Assembly (NCBI RefSeq): GCF_009914755.1
Contig: NC_060932.1
Origin: the human T2T-CHM13v2.0 reference genome, Homo sapiens
Length of the DNA stretch: 64,000 nt
Strand: one strand, 5' to 3'
In this document: positions 1 to 23,729 of the stretch, piece by piece
How the letters are laid out: the number at the start of each line of letters is the position of its first letter
Numbering within the stretch: the first letter of the stretch is position 1
The notes under the pieces: generated by a model
The model's database searches: none
What the model was told of the DNA's origin: nothing
What the model saw: only the letters and a program-made list of their open reading frames with translations
Position numbers and translations under genes: made by a program

Positions 1-331
1 TGCAATCTAATGCCCCAAGGTCACAGGCTTTGCCACCAGGAAAGTTTGTGACCAACTTACAAAAAAAATTTTTGGTTTTTAGATCTTTTTTAAATTTTGG
101 ATGGGATAAGAATATGAGCACAAAATGTCTAATTTGTAAAATAAAACAAGACAGAACGAAATTACAAGGCATTCAACACATAAATTTGGAAGCAGGTGAT
201 GGGGAGTTAAAGCATTTTAAGGTCGTAGTGTTTAAGAAGAGTGCAAACATGCAGATAAACTTTAGATTATAATAAGTATGTTAAATTAGCTACCATAATG
301 GCTACAAATCATTAACATAAAAAACTAACTG

Positions 332-680
<349 letters not shown>

Positions 681-993
681 CTAATAAAAACAGGAAAAGA
701 AACGCAACCTCACTGGTTATCAGATAAATGCAAATTAAAGCCACACTACAATAAGTAATGGTTAACACTCAACAAACTGGTAAGACCAGCTTGGTAGGTA
801 TGTACGGGAACTGAAGTTCTCATACATGGCTGGTAGAAGTATAAACTGGTAAACAATTTTATAAAACTACTTGCTTTTTTTTGTAAACTTGGATATAGAA
901 ATATGCTCTCACCCACCAATTCCATTCCAAGGTATACCCAGCATATACGTTCAACAAAACACAGGTACAAGGAGGATGTTTGTAGCAGCATTA

Positions 994-1707
<714 letters not shown>

Positions 1708-1845
1708 TTACAACACAGATCATAGATCTCACAAATTAATGTGAGCAAATGAAGTCAGACAGAAAAATAAATATACAGTATAATTTCATTTATGTAAAGC
1801 TCACAAACAGGCAAAAGCAATCTATAGTATTAGAATCAGAATGTA

Positions 1846-2150
1846 AGCTGGGCATGGTGGCTCATGCCTGTAATCCCAGAACTCTGGGTGGCTGAGGTGG
1901 GAGGATCGCTTTCCAGGAGTTTGAAACTAGCCTGGGCAACACAGGGAGACCATGTTTCTACAAATAATAAAAAAAATTAGCCAGGTATGCTGGTGTGTGC
2001 CTGTGGTCTCAATTACTCAGCAGACAGGAGACTAAGGTGGGAGGAACACCTGAGCCTAGGAATTGGAGGCTGCCGTGAGCCGTGATCTCACCACTGCACA
2101 CCAACAGGGGTGACAGAGTGAGATCCTATCTCAAAAGAAAAACAAAAAAG
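1846..2150 (+). mobile_element. AluJ-like
   Basis: Diverged Alu dimer. Confidence 0.9.
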
Positions 2151-2671
2151 AAATCAGGATGTGATTACCTTTAGGAGAGGGAGGAAGTAGTGCTTAGGAA
2201 CGGACATAAGGGAGGCTTCCAAGGTGGAGCTACCATTTTATTTTTTCATGTATGGTGATTACAAAGGTGTATTCACTTTGTGAATATATGAACTTTACAT
2301 GTAGATTTGTGCATTTTCCTGTTTGTTGTATTTCAGTAAAAACATGTATCAAACTGATCTAAAATTGACTGGTGATAGTTGCATAACTCCACGAATATAT
2401 TAAAAGTCATTTTAAATGGATGAGTATATTATGTGAGTTGGTTCACAATAAAGCTGTCAACAAAAGCAAAAAAAAGTTTATTAAACAAAAAAAAGAAAAA
2501 GCAAATATGGAAAATGTTAATTGTTGAATCTACACAAAAGCTACAGAGGTGTTAACACTGTTTCTTTCTACTTTTCTGCATGCTTGAGATTTTTCGTAAA
2601 AGTTTTCAATAAAAAATAACAGTAAAATAAGTGCAAAAAAACAGCTACAGTAACATCTAAAAAATATTGTA

Positions 2672-2986
<315 letters not shown>

Positions 2987-4164
2987 TGTGTAACTTCCAA
3001 ACTAGTAGAGGTATGAAAAATAGAATAAGAAAACAGAAAAAGAACTCAATCCAAAATAAGGAAAGACACAGACATAGGAAGAAAAGACAAATGAAAAGTA
3101 CTTAAAAGGAAAGAAATAAATCCTATTATATTACTCATTAAAAATTTGACTAACTTCTTTAGTAAACAGTAAAGAATATTAGATTGGTTAAAAAGTATAG
3201 TTATTTGAGTTTTTTTAAAAGATATTACTAAAATGTTAAGAGTACAGAATGGTTCAGAGTCAAAGGATAGAAAAAAGATACTAGGATAAGTTTTAAGAAA
3301 CAAAGCTGGCATTGCTATGTTAATATCAAGTGAAACAAATGTTAAGGCCAAAAATAATAAAAGATAGAATAACTATATAATGATATAGTCACCATGAGCA
3401 TAAAACCTGTATACACTTAGTAACAACCTCAAAATAGATAAGCAAAGGACAATCTACAAGTCTATCTTCATAGAAGATTTTAGTAACACCTCTCAAAGTA
3501 ATGAACAGCTCAAGCAGACCAAAAAGCAAACAAAAGGATAACCGAATTGAGAAAGTCAAAAGTTAAGAATAGACATTTAATAGAAGAGCCACAAATGCCC
3601 CAAAACACATACAATTATACTCAATTATTCTTATTAGCTAAGGAAATATAATAGAACCATAAGGAGTATCTTTCACCAAAATAAGTCCAGTGTTGGGGAG
3701 AATGTGGTATACCTGGAACTCATGTACTATCAGTAAGAGCATAAACTGATGTAATCACTTTGGAACAGGATGGCATTATCTAGTAAAATGGAACAGACAT
3801 GCCATAACCTAGCACTTGCATTTGTAGGTCAATACCCTAAGAGAAAACCATGAAAATGTGTTACAACATTTAAACCAGCACTGTTCATAACATGTTAGGA
3901 GTAAAACTGATCAAATGTGATAGTTTATACCATGAAATACCACTTACTTAGCTTTAAAAATATACTGCTACAAAGATGGATTAATCTTGAAATGATAAAA
4001 GTCAGAAAGAATTACTAACAGTATGAGTCCATTTACCTAAAGTTTAAAAACAAACAAAATATATTGTTTAAAGTAAATATAAGGAAAAATAAAGGATTAC
4101 AAACATAAAATCCAAGACAGCAATTTACTGTGGGAAGGAAATAGTGAGGTACAATCAGCAGGAC

Positions 4165-4196
<32 letters not shown>

Positions 4197-4304
4197 AGGA
4201 CACAGAAGGGGCTTCAAAGGTAATGGCAACTTTTATTCCTTAAGCAATGTGAATATTTTATAAATATTCTTTAAAATATTCACCTATGATTTCTATTTTT
4301 ATAT

Positions 4305-4594
4305 TTTTATTTAACTTTTTTTGAGACAGGGTCTCACTCTGTTGCCCAGGCTGGAGTACAGTGGCGCAATCTCGGCTTAATGCAACCTCTGCTTCCTGGG
4401 CTCAGGTAATCTTCCCACCTCAGCCTCCCAAGTAGCTGGAAACACAGGCATGCACCACCACACCCTGCTAATTTTTGTAGAGATAGGATTGCGCCATGTT
4501 GCCCAGGCTGGTCTTGAACTCCTGGGCTCAAGTGATCCTTCCACCTCAGCCTCCCAAAGTGCTGAAATTTTAGGTGTAAGACACCATGCCCAGC
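4305..4594 (-). mobile_element. AluJ-like
   Basis: Antisense Alu with TSD TCACCTATGATTT. Confidence 0.92.
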
Positions 4595-5321
4595 GTCACC
4601 TATGATTTTTAAATTCTTCTGTATGCATGTTTCATTATCTTTTTTTTTTTTTTGACACTCTTAAATTTGATTGTGAAGGGAAAGAAAGCAACAGGGTGGT
4701 AGCAGAACTGAGGCAGAGGCAGGTGTTTGTTAGGAGAAACTTCTGCATATGTAAATATTGAAGAGACGGGTAAAGGCTAGAGAAAGGTGGTGATAAATGA
4801 AATTGTAAAATATCTGAGAAAGAAGAGATCAGCTAGATGCGGAGTACAGAATTAGAGACTTTACAAGGGATTGTGTTTTCAATGGGTGTTACTACTCTAC
4901 ACAGGAAAAAATATACATTTTTAAAAATTAAAATCACCCCTTAATCTCACCATGCAGTGATCTCCTTGGGACAGTGATTTTTCTTTCCATGAATCTGTAT
5001 TTTCTAATATTTGGCAATAAACATATGTAAAGTATTTTTAAATAAAAATATGATCATGCTGACAACAATGTGGCATATGTACTGGAGAAGTTAAGACTGA
5101 AGGCAGGAAAGACAGGCTGAAAACTACTAGAAAAAAATTACATTTGAGACATTACTAATGAACAACTGGAGGAATCAAAGGACTTACTTAGGATGCAGAA
5201 TGAACTAGATTTGGTGACAAGTGGATGTGCAAAGTGAGAAAGAGAAGAAATGAGGCTGACCCCAGAGTATTAGTCTGGATCAATGACAGTGTTCTTAACT
5301 ATAAAAGAAATACAGGAAGAA

Positions 5322-5555
5322 GCTAGGCATGGTGGCTTCTTGGCCTATAATCCCAAGTACTTGAGAGGCTGAGGCAGGAGTTCAAGACAAGTCTGGGCAA
5401 CACAGTAAGACCCAGTCTCTCTTTTTTTTTTTTTTTTAAAAAAAAAAAAAGGAAAGAGAAGGTGGAGGAAGGGAAGACAAAAATGAAGGGGGAAGGAAAA
5501 AGGAGGGATGGGGAGAAAGAAGAAAGGAGAGGGAGGGGAGAGGAAAGAGGAGCAA
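5322..5555 (+). repeat. Partial Alu monomer followed by T-run/A-run and GA-rich low complexity
   Basis: Direct reading. Confidence 0.75.
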
Positions 5556-6424
5556 TACAGATAGCTGGTCTGTTTATGAAGGGTTGGAGGCAACTGAGAT
5601 TAAGATTAGTTTTGGACCTGACCAGTTCAAGTTCCCTGTGAACATTCAGATTGACAGAACAAAACAACGGAACCAGCCAGAAATGAACAATGACTATTCC
5701 CTTTAAATAGAGCTGCCCTCTTTAGGGTGGGTATGCTGTCTACCATGAATCCAATGTATGTACATGTACCTTAAACCTGCTTGGCTCCAAGAGGCAAAGA
5801 GTTTACTACCCTAGAATCAAATTTTAATTTCTCAAGCTAGTTCAGAAGTTATCTGTCTAGTATTCAGGAAATGAACACTCCAAATGAAATATTTGTTTTC
5901 TGAAAACCTTGACTCAGAATGAAATAAAATACAGTTCTGTATCTTTCTCTCATTGATCCCTGCATTTCATGCCATAGATGAAAAGCAGTAATTAGCACTA
6001 AGCCTGACAGAGTTAATGTTTCATTTAAGCCAACCATTTTTATTTTACTTTGGAAGAATAAATTTTTTTTCTTGTAAAAATACAATTCAAATTTTTTTAC
6101 CTTCCAGGTTTCAGCAGGCTTAGCTACCTTCAAAGATTCTGATATATATAAATTAAGAGTTACATAAATGTCATAAAGCATGTGGTGAAAAATCTACAGC
6201 CAGGGTCTAGCACAAAGTATTAGATACGCTGAATAAAATGACTGATAACGCCACCTTCAAAAGGTGGGAAGTTTGACTTGACCAACAAATTGAACTACAA
6301 ATCTCACGAAAGAACTATGTAAACTATGTATTAGTATACTAGGGTATGTCATGTCATGTATTTCTTCAAAATGTAAGCAAAATGCAAACTTTAAGACTGT
6401 AAGTTAGGTGCTGTAAGGGATATT

Positions 6425-6750
6425 CTATGGTCTGAACATTTATGTCCCTCCAAAATTCATATGCTGAAATCTAATTCCCAAAGTATTGGAATTAAGAGGT
6501 GGAGCCTTTGCGAGGTGACTAGATCATAAGGGTGGAAAACTGGTGAATGGGATTAGTGCCTATAAGAAGGCAGAGAGCTAATTTGCCTTGCTGCCATGTG
6601 AAGATACAGTCAGAAGGTGCCATTCTGGACTACTGAATCTGCTGGCACCCTGGATCTTGGACTTCCCAGCCTCCAGAACTGTAAGGATTAAATTTCTGTT
6701 GTTTATAATTACTCAGTCTAAGGTACTGAGGTATAGCAGCCTGAAAAGAA
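6425..6750 (+). mobile_element. MLT1A/MST-type MaLR solo LTR
   Basis: TATGGTCTGAA...CCAAAATTCATATGCTGAAATCTAA...CTTCCCAGCCTCCAGAACTGT. Confidence 0.8.
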
Positions 6751-6789
6751 AGATAAAATAGTTGGTTAGATGGATTATTTATTTGGCAA

Positions 6790-7035
6790 AGTCTTAGTTG
6801 CCCAGGATGGAATACAGTGGTACAATCATAGCTCCCTGCAATGCTCCCGCCTCAGCCTCCCGAGCAACTGGGCTACAGGTGCGTGCCACCATGCCCAGCT
6901 AGTTTATTTTTTATAGAGACAGGGTCTTGCTATATTGCCCAGGTTTGGAATTTAACTCCTGGCCTTAAGCGATCCTCCTGCCTCAGCCTCAAAATGCACT
7001 GGGATTAGAGATGTGAACCATTGCGCCTGACCCAG
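6790..7035 (-). mobile_element. AluJ-like
   Basis: Diverged antisense Alu. Confidence 0.85.
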
Positions 7036-7340
7036 CAAAATATATTTAATTGGAAACTCAATCTCTGATTTGTAGGAGTGTATAATACATGCAACTTTGG
7101 ATAAGTAACAATGTGTACCTTAGTATCTTCATAATTAAATACCTCAGATTGTTATTGAAAGAACACAATGAGATGGGCTGGCAGATACAACTATTTTCAA
7201 GCTTAAAGTTCCAAATAAACATATTAAAGTAGTATTAATATTCACAGATGACAATAAGGAAAAAAATAAAATGGGAAATAAAAAGAAAAGATGATCCTAA
7301 AACAGTTTACCCTAACCAACTTTCTTGTAAAGTAAATAAA

Positions 7341-7648
7341 GCCAGCATGGTGGGTCATGCCTGTAATCCCAGCATTTTGGGAGGCCAAGGTGAGAAGATC
7401 GCTTGAGTCTAGGAGTTCAAGGCCATCCAGGGCAACATAGTAAGACCCCCATCTTTACAAAAAATAAAAAATTAGCTGGGCGTGGTGGTGCACGCTTGTA
7501 GTCCCAGCTACTCAGGAGGCTGAGGAGGGAGGATCACTTGAGCCTGAGAGGTCAAAGCTGTAGTGAACCCTGATTGTGCCACTGCACTCCAGCATGGGTG
7601 ACAGCATGAAACTCCGTCTCAAAAAAGAAAGAAAGAAAGAAAGAAAAA
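7341..7648 (+). mobile_element. AluJ-like with (GAAA)n tail
   Basis: Alu dimer. Confidence 0.92.
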
Positions 7649-8174
7649 TATTGATTCTATGACTTAGTAACACCATTCTTAAAAATTTATACTAAAGAAT
7701 ACCATAAAATTAGGGGAGGCAATACAAATGCCTAGGAGTAAAAAATAAATAAATAAATAAATAAAGTGGAAACAACAGTAGATCATGGCATATTGTTAGA
7801 ATAAATATTGATGCTCAACTCTTTACCAATCAAAAGGCAGCTTCCAGAGCTTTTAAGTTCTATGACTTAAAAAGAAATCTAGGTTAGATCTTTCCTTCTA
7901 GTAGATTTAGTCTCAAAGGAATAAACATCTGGTGATTTGTATTATAATGAGCATTACTGTTAGAACATTCTTCTAATAAATCTATTTTTTAGAAAAGATG
8001 TACTGCATTGTCATTGCCATTTTTATTGCTGAGGTCAATATTTTCCAGTGAACATAAAATCTAGTTTTCTAATAAACTCATCTCAGATGGATAAAATTGG
8101 TACCATAGATTCTCTGAGAACATTTTTCTTCTGTCAAGTAAGTAGTGTTCTCTGAAAAGTATGAATTACAAATA

Positions 8175-9240
<1,066 letters not shown>

Positions 9241-9827
9241 TTTGTTACCTTCTGGACCCAATTTTTTGTTAATAAAAAAATCATTTAATTATTAATTAAA
9301 TCATTACTTATTAAATGATTCTTAAAGTTCCTTTTAGTTTAAAAATCCCAGAACCTAGGTTATTCTACTCATTTTCACAAGTTAAAGCTTTATTGAGAGT
9401 CTTTTTACATATTGTTCAGCCTAATTCAATCATGTATCTGTAATTACTTTTCTATAGTTTTATACATAGTTTATATTCTCATTATGTTTTAGTACTTTTC
9501 TATATTACCTTCGTCTAATGCTATTGTTATTTCCATATATCCATATCCTTAAACAACTATAATGGTTTAAAATGTTCCAAAAAAACTAAGTAATAAATTT
9601 GGTTTTAGTACAAACTGTTTCAGTCAACCAAATAAACAAATTACCATTTTGATAACAAATAGATTAAAACTCATGTCATCATTACCTTGTATCTTGTCCT
9701 AAGTAAATAGATTACCATTTTCAATTTAACATTGTAGGAAACGCTACTCAGTGTAAACAACTCCCCCCTCCCCACTTTCTACCTTTAAACACCCACTTAA
9801 ACATAGACAAATTATATACACTTATGA

Positions 9828-10491
<664 letters not shown>

Positions 10492-11007
10492 TGAACCGCT
10501 AACTTTATGGTTCCAGGGTAGTTACTTTGTCAAGCCCAAATACACACATAATAACAAGACAGTTTGGGAAACTTTTTAATTCAAGGAAGAAAGTGATTTG
10601 TTTTCTTCTTTATCATGCTCAGGTATACTATACTGTGATTTTAGGGATTTTACCAATACTTTCTCCTGACATACTAGGTGGAAACTTGTATATGCTGGTC
10701 AGAGTCATCAACAAGTAGGAAAAAAAAAATCACATTTAATTCTTACAGGAAGATTTTCTAAGCTGAAAAATACAGCAAAAATGTTTAAACCCTGGCACTT
10801 AAGGTAGATAGCAAACTAAAGTATCTCATACATAGAGAACTGACCAAAATAAAAATACCAACTTTTTTCACTACAATAGTTTCAATGTATGTGTTCTAAA
10901 ATATAATAATGTATTATAAAAGATTGCAAGTATGTAAGAGTATGTAAGATCAGTATTTTGATAAAGAGCAAGTTCAATCTTCTAAGCCTTCTTAAAAACA
11001 ACTTTTG

Positions 11008-11852
<845 letters not shown>

Positions 11853-12330
11853 AACATAAAATATATTTATGACAAGTTTCATTCTAAGAAGGAATTAAGA
11901 AATATGAAAAGTACAAATACTGACTTATAAAATCAGTTTTGACATCCTACGTTGCCAATTCAAGAAATTATCAGTTTAACTTTCAATCATTTTCAATTAT
12001 TAAAACTACAGCAGCTGAATTTTTAAAAATTCAGTATATTAACTGTTGCCAGTTCATGAAGATTTAAAATAATTTAAAAATATATTTTTAAAAGAAAAGT
12101 CTGACTTCAGTCATAAGCAGACACCAAAAAAAAAGTCAATGTTAGAAAAAGTGCTAAAAAAAAAAAAAAAGCAGCAGCTAGTACCTTTTAACACTATTTT
12201 TACTATTTAGGATCATGGGTAGTCCTTTCCAAGCCATCACCATTAACTGTCTTAACTTTCTGTTACTTGTACTTATTTTCATCACGAACTTGCAAGGCTT
12301 GCAAGGACTGAACCAACCTTCTCTATCATT

Positions 12331-12344
12331 AGGGGGGTTTTTGC

Positions 12345-12379
<35 letters not shown>

Positions 12380-12448
12380 GGTTTTTTTGCTTTCTTTTTG
12401 GTGAGTCTTCTAAACTGAGCAATTTCTTCAAGCACAGGGGGTTTTTGC

Positions 12449-12484
<36 letters not shown>

Positions 12485-12542
12485 TGGTTTTTTTGCTTTC
12501 TTTTTGGTGAGAGTCTTCTAAACTGAGCAATTTCTTCAAGCA

Positions 12543-12543
<1 letters not shown>
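12331..12543. repeat. ~105-bp tandem duplication, each copy containing a (GT)n microsatellite
   Basis: AGGGGG(G)TTTTTGCGTGCG(TG)n...AAACTGAGCAATTTCTTCAAGCAC occurs twice (12331-12435, 12436-12543). Confidence 0.92.
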
Positions 12544-13208
<665 letters not shown>

Positions 13209-14317
13209 TAAATTAGAAGAATCTGAAGTAAAGCTCTGTCATCATGCAAAAGCTGTAACTATGTTTCAGAAACGCAATCTGTATTTCATAGACATTAACA
13301 GATGTTCTGTCCTCTGCAACATCTAAAAGAACCAAACACAAACTCCCTATACCAAAATACTCCCATCTCCCCTAAGCACACACAGTTCTACTCTCAGACA
13401 CACCTTAAAAATAAAACATTTGGAAAAGGAATACCATTTCAGAAATGAGGAAAAGTATACAAAGACACAACACATTTGAGTTTGGAAAGAAAGCAGTCAC
13501 ATAATCTTACCATCAATGAAGCAAGACCTAAAATTACTTGCTAAATTACTTGCTGTCAGTAAGGGTTACATACAGGAAGCTTAAGAAAAAATCTACTATG
13601 GGGGGCAGGGGGCGGGGGAAGAAAAGATACTCTCATTGAAGCATTATCTGCAAAGTGAAAGAATTACCAACCAAATATTAACTGGGCTGAAAGATGTGTA
13701 TCATTAACAGGAAGCTTACCCTGATTTTTAAATGCTGTATAAATTTTCCTTTTCAACCCAATTCTTTACTTTCTCTAACTGGGACAAGGCAGAAGCAAAA
13801 GATAGACAGCAATGGAATCAGAGATAAGGCAAGAAGGCAATATACTCAACTGTGTTTTCCTATCACTTCTGGCCTATTTTGAAAACAGTACTATTTATCT
13901 TTGTTCTATTTATTAACCCAGAAAACATCTGAGTGATGATGCCAGTAAGCACTGCCCTCATTGAGTTAAAAATCTAATAAAGACAAAGTGTCTTTATAAT
14001 AGCTACAAGGCAGAAGTGAAAAACCCTACGAAAGAGGTAAAACATGATACGGAGGCACACAAGGTACTAAAAAGTATGTACAGCTGTGAGGATGAGGCTA
14101 AGGTTGGTGGATTTATGATGTCAAAGTATTGAGTTACAAAGAACTAAAGTGGATTTTGAGTAAAATTTGAATTCAGGAAGAAAGTTCAAAGAGTGGAGGG
14201 GCTAACTAAATGATCTGCTAGGTAAGTTTTAAAAACAAACAAACAAAAAACCTAGGAACAACAAAAAAACAAGACAGGGAGCTATCAAAACAGCCCAAAA
14301 TTCAAAATGAAAGTTCA

Positions 14318-14605
14318 GGCTAGACATGGTGGCTCATGCCTGTAACCCCAGCACCTCAGGAGGCCAAGGGAGGAGGATCGCTTGAGGCAGAGTTTGAGAC
14401 CAACCTGGGCAACATTACAAAAAATTTTAGAAATTAGCTGAGCATGGTGGCATGTACCTGTAGTCCTAGCTACTTGGAAGACTGAGGCAGAAGGATCCTT
14501 TGATCCTAGAAGTTCAAGGTTACAGTTAAGGTACAGTTGTATCACTGCATTCCATCCTGGGCAACAGAGTGAGGTCCTACTTCTAAAAAAATAATAAAAA
14601 TAAAA
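14318..14605 (+). mobile_element. AluJ-like
   Basis: Diverged dimer. Confidence 0.9.
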
Positions 14606-14944
14606 TGGAAATTCAACATAAAAAGTCACTAATAATAGTTGCTAAATACTCCTAGCAAGTAAAGGATACTGACAGAATCTCCACATATGCAGTAATATCC
14701 ATAAGGACAAGAGAGATATAAGCCCAGGGGCCAGCGTCAAACAACTTGATTCTCAAGAATTTTAGTGAACTGATAAGTTCAGCATAGGTTGTAGAATGAG
14801 AGATACAAGGACTAGCAATAATAATGACCCCAATGAAGGGCAAAAAGACTTAAAAACAAGAATATCATTCCAAGTACCTAGAAAGGACTATTCTTGGTAC
14901 GGGGCCCTGATATGGTTTGATACAGGCCCCTAAGATTACTTCTG

Positions 14945-15073
14945 TTGTTATTTTTTGTAGAGATGGAGTCCTGCCATTGCTCAGGATGGTCTCAACTCCT
15001 GGCTCCAAGCAATCCTCCCACCTTGGCCTCCCAAAGTGCTGAGATCCCAGGCATGAGCCATCGTGACCAACCC
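14945..15073 (-). mobile_element. Alu left monomer/FLAM
   Basis: Antisense single arm. Confidence 0.8.
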
Positions 15074-15581
15074 AGATTATGTTTTAAATGAGATTTTTAT
15101 GCATATTCAACTCCAACGATTCATGATATAATAAAATATTTTTAAATTTTGTTTAGGTGGACTCTACCAGCATTAAAGAAGAATCACTGAGCTCATAACT
15201 GAGCCTATGGAACCGCCCCATAGCCACATCTTAATGTACTCAGTTCACTAAAACTGCTCCACAAAAAGCTCTCATGACAGCTATTTTGTTTGTTGTATAA
15301 AATGGCCATCAAACAAAACATTTTACTAAAGCTGATAGGACAGTCAATAAGTGCTCAGATATGTACAGGAAATGGGTGGTCTTTGACAGAACTATAATTA
15401 TGTAGGAACAAAACAAATATAGATCTTTCCAATCTCGAATTTGATTCTTAAATCTTTCAAGAGGATTAAACTTTGAAATGTCTCCTGAACTCTAAAACAG
15501 GTACAAGGAGATGTATTACAACTTACCCAATTTACATAATTGGCACACCTAAATTCCTGCATTGTAGTGAAGACGAGTCTA

Positions 15582-17341
<1,760 letters not shown>

Positions 17342-17576
17342 TCAAAGTTGGAAACCACTGGTTTGAACTGCATGGTTAACTCAAAAACAACAACAACAAA
17401 AAACAAAAAACAAACCAAAAAAAAAAAAGGAGGAAAGTATGATCTACAGTAGAAAATGAGAAAATGAAAGCAGAATCAAACAAGAAACCTGGATGTAGCA
17501 ACATTACCTTTTACTAGTTTTAACAGGACTTCAATACTTCCAAATCAAAAGTATACTGAAACTTAAATCAAAATAC

Positions 17577-17850
17577 AGCTGGGCAGAGTGGCTCACGCCT
17601 GTAATCCCAGCACTTTGGGAGGCTGAGACAGGCAGATTGCTTGAGGTCAGGAGTTCAAGACCAGCGTGGCCAACATGGCGAAACCTCGTCTCTACTAAAA
17701 ATACAAAAATTAGCCAGGCATGGTGGCACATGACTGTAATCCCAACTATTTGGAAGGCTAAGGCACGAGAATCACTTGAACCTGGGAGGTTGCAGAAAGA
17801 CAAGATCATGCCACTGCACCGGGTGACAGAGTGAGACTGTCTCTAAAAAA
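17577..17850 (+). mobile_element. AluS
   Basis: Dimer with TSD-like AAAATACAG. Confidence 0.92.
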
Positions 17851-17868
17851 ATTTTTTTTAATTAAAAT

Positions 17869-18760
<892 letters not shown>

Positions 18761-18810
18761 TAGAAACAATCAAGGTAACCTAAACTAATTGTTATAAAGA
18801 AATGAATTCT

Positions 18811-19088
18811 ATGTCTGTAACCCCAGCACTTTGGGAGGCTGAGGCAGGAGGACTGCTTGAGCCCAAGAGTTCAAGACCAGCCTAGGCAACATGGCAAAAC
18901 TCATCTCTACCAAAAATACAAAAATTAGCCAGGTGTAGTGGTGTGCACCTGTAGTCTCAGTTACTCAGCAGGCTGAGGTGGGAGAATCGCTTGGGTCCAG
19001 GAGGCCAAGGCTGCAGTGAGCCGTGACGGCACTACTGCATACCCTAGCCTGGGTGAGAGTGAAACCTTGTCTCAAAACGAACAAAAAA
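18811..19088 (+). mobile_element. AluJ-like, 5' clipped
   Basis: Alu dimer. Confidence 0.88.
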
Positions 19089-19457
19089 TATGCCCAACAA
19101 GGTAATTTTCTCTACTAGAATCCTTAAATTGGTTTTCCTAAGAATGTAACAAGTTTTCTTTTATCAGATCTCTCTATATACTTTTAAAACCTATTACTCG
19201 ATTTCCTTAATATATATATGTTCCTTTCATGTAGTACAAAAGACTATTCTAATTTTAAAATTTTTTAAATTTTATCTTATGGACTATCTCTAATCATAAA
19301 ATGCAGCAATATTTAAAGAAAAGGCAAGGTGGTTATACTAGACAACACCTGAGATGCCCTCTGGCTCAAAGGTTTTGTAAGTCTAAAGACTGAAGTTGAT
19401 AACGCCTCTTTTAATTACAATAAAGGCTTATAGGTGAACACAAACATATTCTCAGCA

Positions 19458-19792
<335 letters not shown>

Positions 19793-20228
19793 TTATACTA
19801 CAATCACATTTTTTAGTAGTAGGACTGCAATATAAATTCTTATCTGAGGAACAGCTCTCCACTCACCCAGAGAAGTAACCTGAATCCAACTTGATACTAT
19901 CAAACCTGATGGACTCTCAGCTTGGTCCTATACAACTTCAAATGGAAAACAAGCTGCCATATTAATACTATGAAACTAAATAATCCCTACATTATATGCA
20001 AAAATGAATTCAAAATGAATCAAAGACCCAAATGTAAAAGCCAGAATTATTATATTTTTGGAAAAAAACTTAGATGCAAATCTCCATCACCCCCTGGATT
20101 AGGCAATGATTTCTTAGATATGACACCAAATAAACAAAGAAAAAAACATAAATTTTGCCAAAATTAATTTTTGTGCTTCAAATGACACTATCGGAAAATG
20201 AAAACAGCCCACAGAAAAAAAGTAAATT

Positions 20229-21328
<1,100 letters not shown>

Positions 21329-21448
21329 CTATCATCAAAAAACCACCATAATAAACACTGGCCAAACATAGAAACTGGAGTTCTTGCACAGTGCTCACAG
21401 GAATGCATAATGCTGCAGTTGCTGTGGAAAAGTTTGGCAATTCCTTAG

Positions 21449-22261
21449 TGTGGTATTGCGATTTACAACAAGAAATATATATCTTCATCCAGCTCCTAAA
21501 ACCCTTGGAATCTTGGAAGTTATAAATATCCTTTTATATGTTAATACCATGATTGGTGGCTGGGGGCTCCTGGAGAGCCTCAGAAGGGAGACTGGCAGCC
21601 AAAGGAACCAACCATGTGATTAGAGGGTGGAAACATTCAGCCCCACCCCATCAATCTTTGGGGAAGAAGGGGGGGCTCAGGGTTGAATGGAACACCAATA
21701 GCCAATGATTTAATCAATCATGCCTAAGTAATGAAGCCTTGTAAAAACCCGAAAGGAGAGTTTGGAGAGCTTTTGAATTGGTGAATAAGAACATAGCCAC
21801 ATACCCCACGGGGCCAAAGGCTCCTGGGTTCATGACCCTTACAAACCTCACATATGCATAGCTTCATCTGTCTGTTCAATTGTATCCTTTAAAATATCCT
21901 TTATAATACATTAGTAATTGTGAGTATACTGTCTTCCCCGGTTTCTGTGAGCTGATCTAGCAAATTAATGAACCCAAGAAGGGGGTTGTGGGAACCTCCA
22001 ATTTGTAGCCAAGTCGGACACAAGTCGTGGGTAACCTGGGAACCTACAACTTGTGACTGGTGTCTAAAGTGGGGGCCAGTCCTGTGAGACTGAGCCCTTA
22101 ACTCTGGTTAGTGCCAGAAATGAACTGCAGAACACCCAGCTGGTGTTGAAAAATTGCTTGGTGTGAAAAAAAAAAAAAAACCCACATATCTGGTGTCAGA
22201 AAAGGAGAATCAAGTGTTGTGGGCGAGTACATAAGAAAAATCATTGTTTTTTCTCTATAGA
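21449..22261. mobile_element. MER21-family solo LTR
   Basis: TGTGGTATTGCGATT...CAACCATGTGATTAGAGGGTGGAA...; 5-bp TSD CTTAG (21444-21448, 22262-22266). Confidence 0.8.
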
Positions 22262-22606
22262 CTTAGAAAGTTAAAACACAGAGTTACTGTATGACCCATT
22301 TGTTCAACATTTACTGAGGTCCTCCTACATGCAAGGTATATTAACAAAAACAAATTAAAACACAAGCCTACATAAAAACTTGTACATACATGTTCACAGC
22401 ATTATTCATACTAAAAAGGGGAAACAATCCAAACTGTCAATTAATCCATTGATGAATGAAAACAGGAAACACAAATATCTGATATTTAAATAACTGGTGA
22501 ATGGATAAACTGCAGTACAACCAAAAAATGGGCCATTACTTGGCTACGAAAAGGAATAAGTATTCATACAAGCTACAACATGGATGAACCTCAGAAACAT
22601 TATGAA

Positions 22607-23335
<729 letters not shown>

Positions 23336-23729
23336 AAACAGCTAAGTGAAAGAAGCCAGGCACAAAAGGTCATATATAATATAATTCCACTCTCACAAAA
23401 TACCCAGAATAGACCAATCCAGAGACAAAAAATAGATGAGTGGTTTCCAGACACTGGGGAAAGGGGGAAATAGGGAGTGACTGCTAATGGATAAGGAGTT
23501 TCTTTCTGGGGTGATGAAAATGTTCTGCAAACAGCAGTGATGGTTCTGAACAGATTAAAAACCACTGAACTGTATACTTTAAAAGGGTAAGTTTTATATG
23601 TGGATTATATTTCAATTAGAAGAAAAAATTGTGCATTAAAAGGATGTCAAAATGGACTTTAATAGCTCACAATTTTATTTGACTAATTCTCAAGTTTTGA
23701 AGAGGATTGGCAAAAAAACACACACTTAC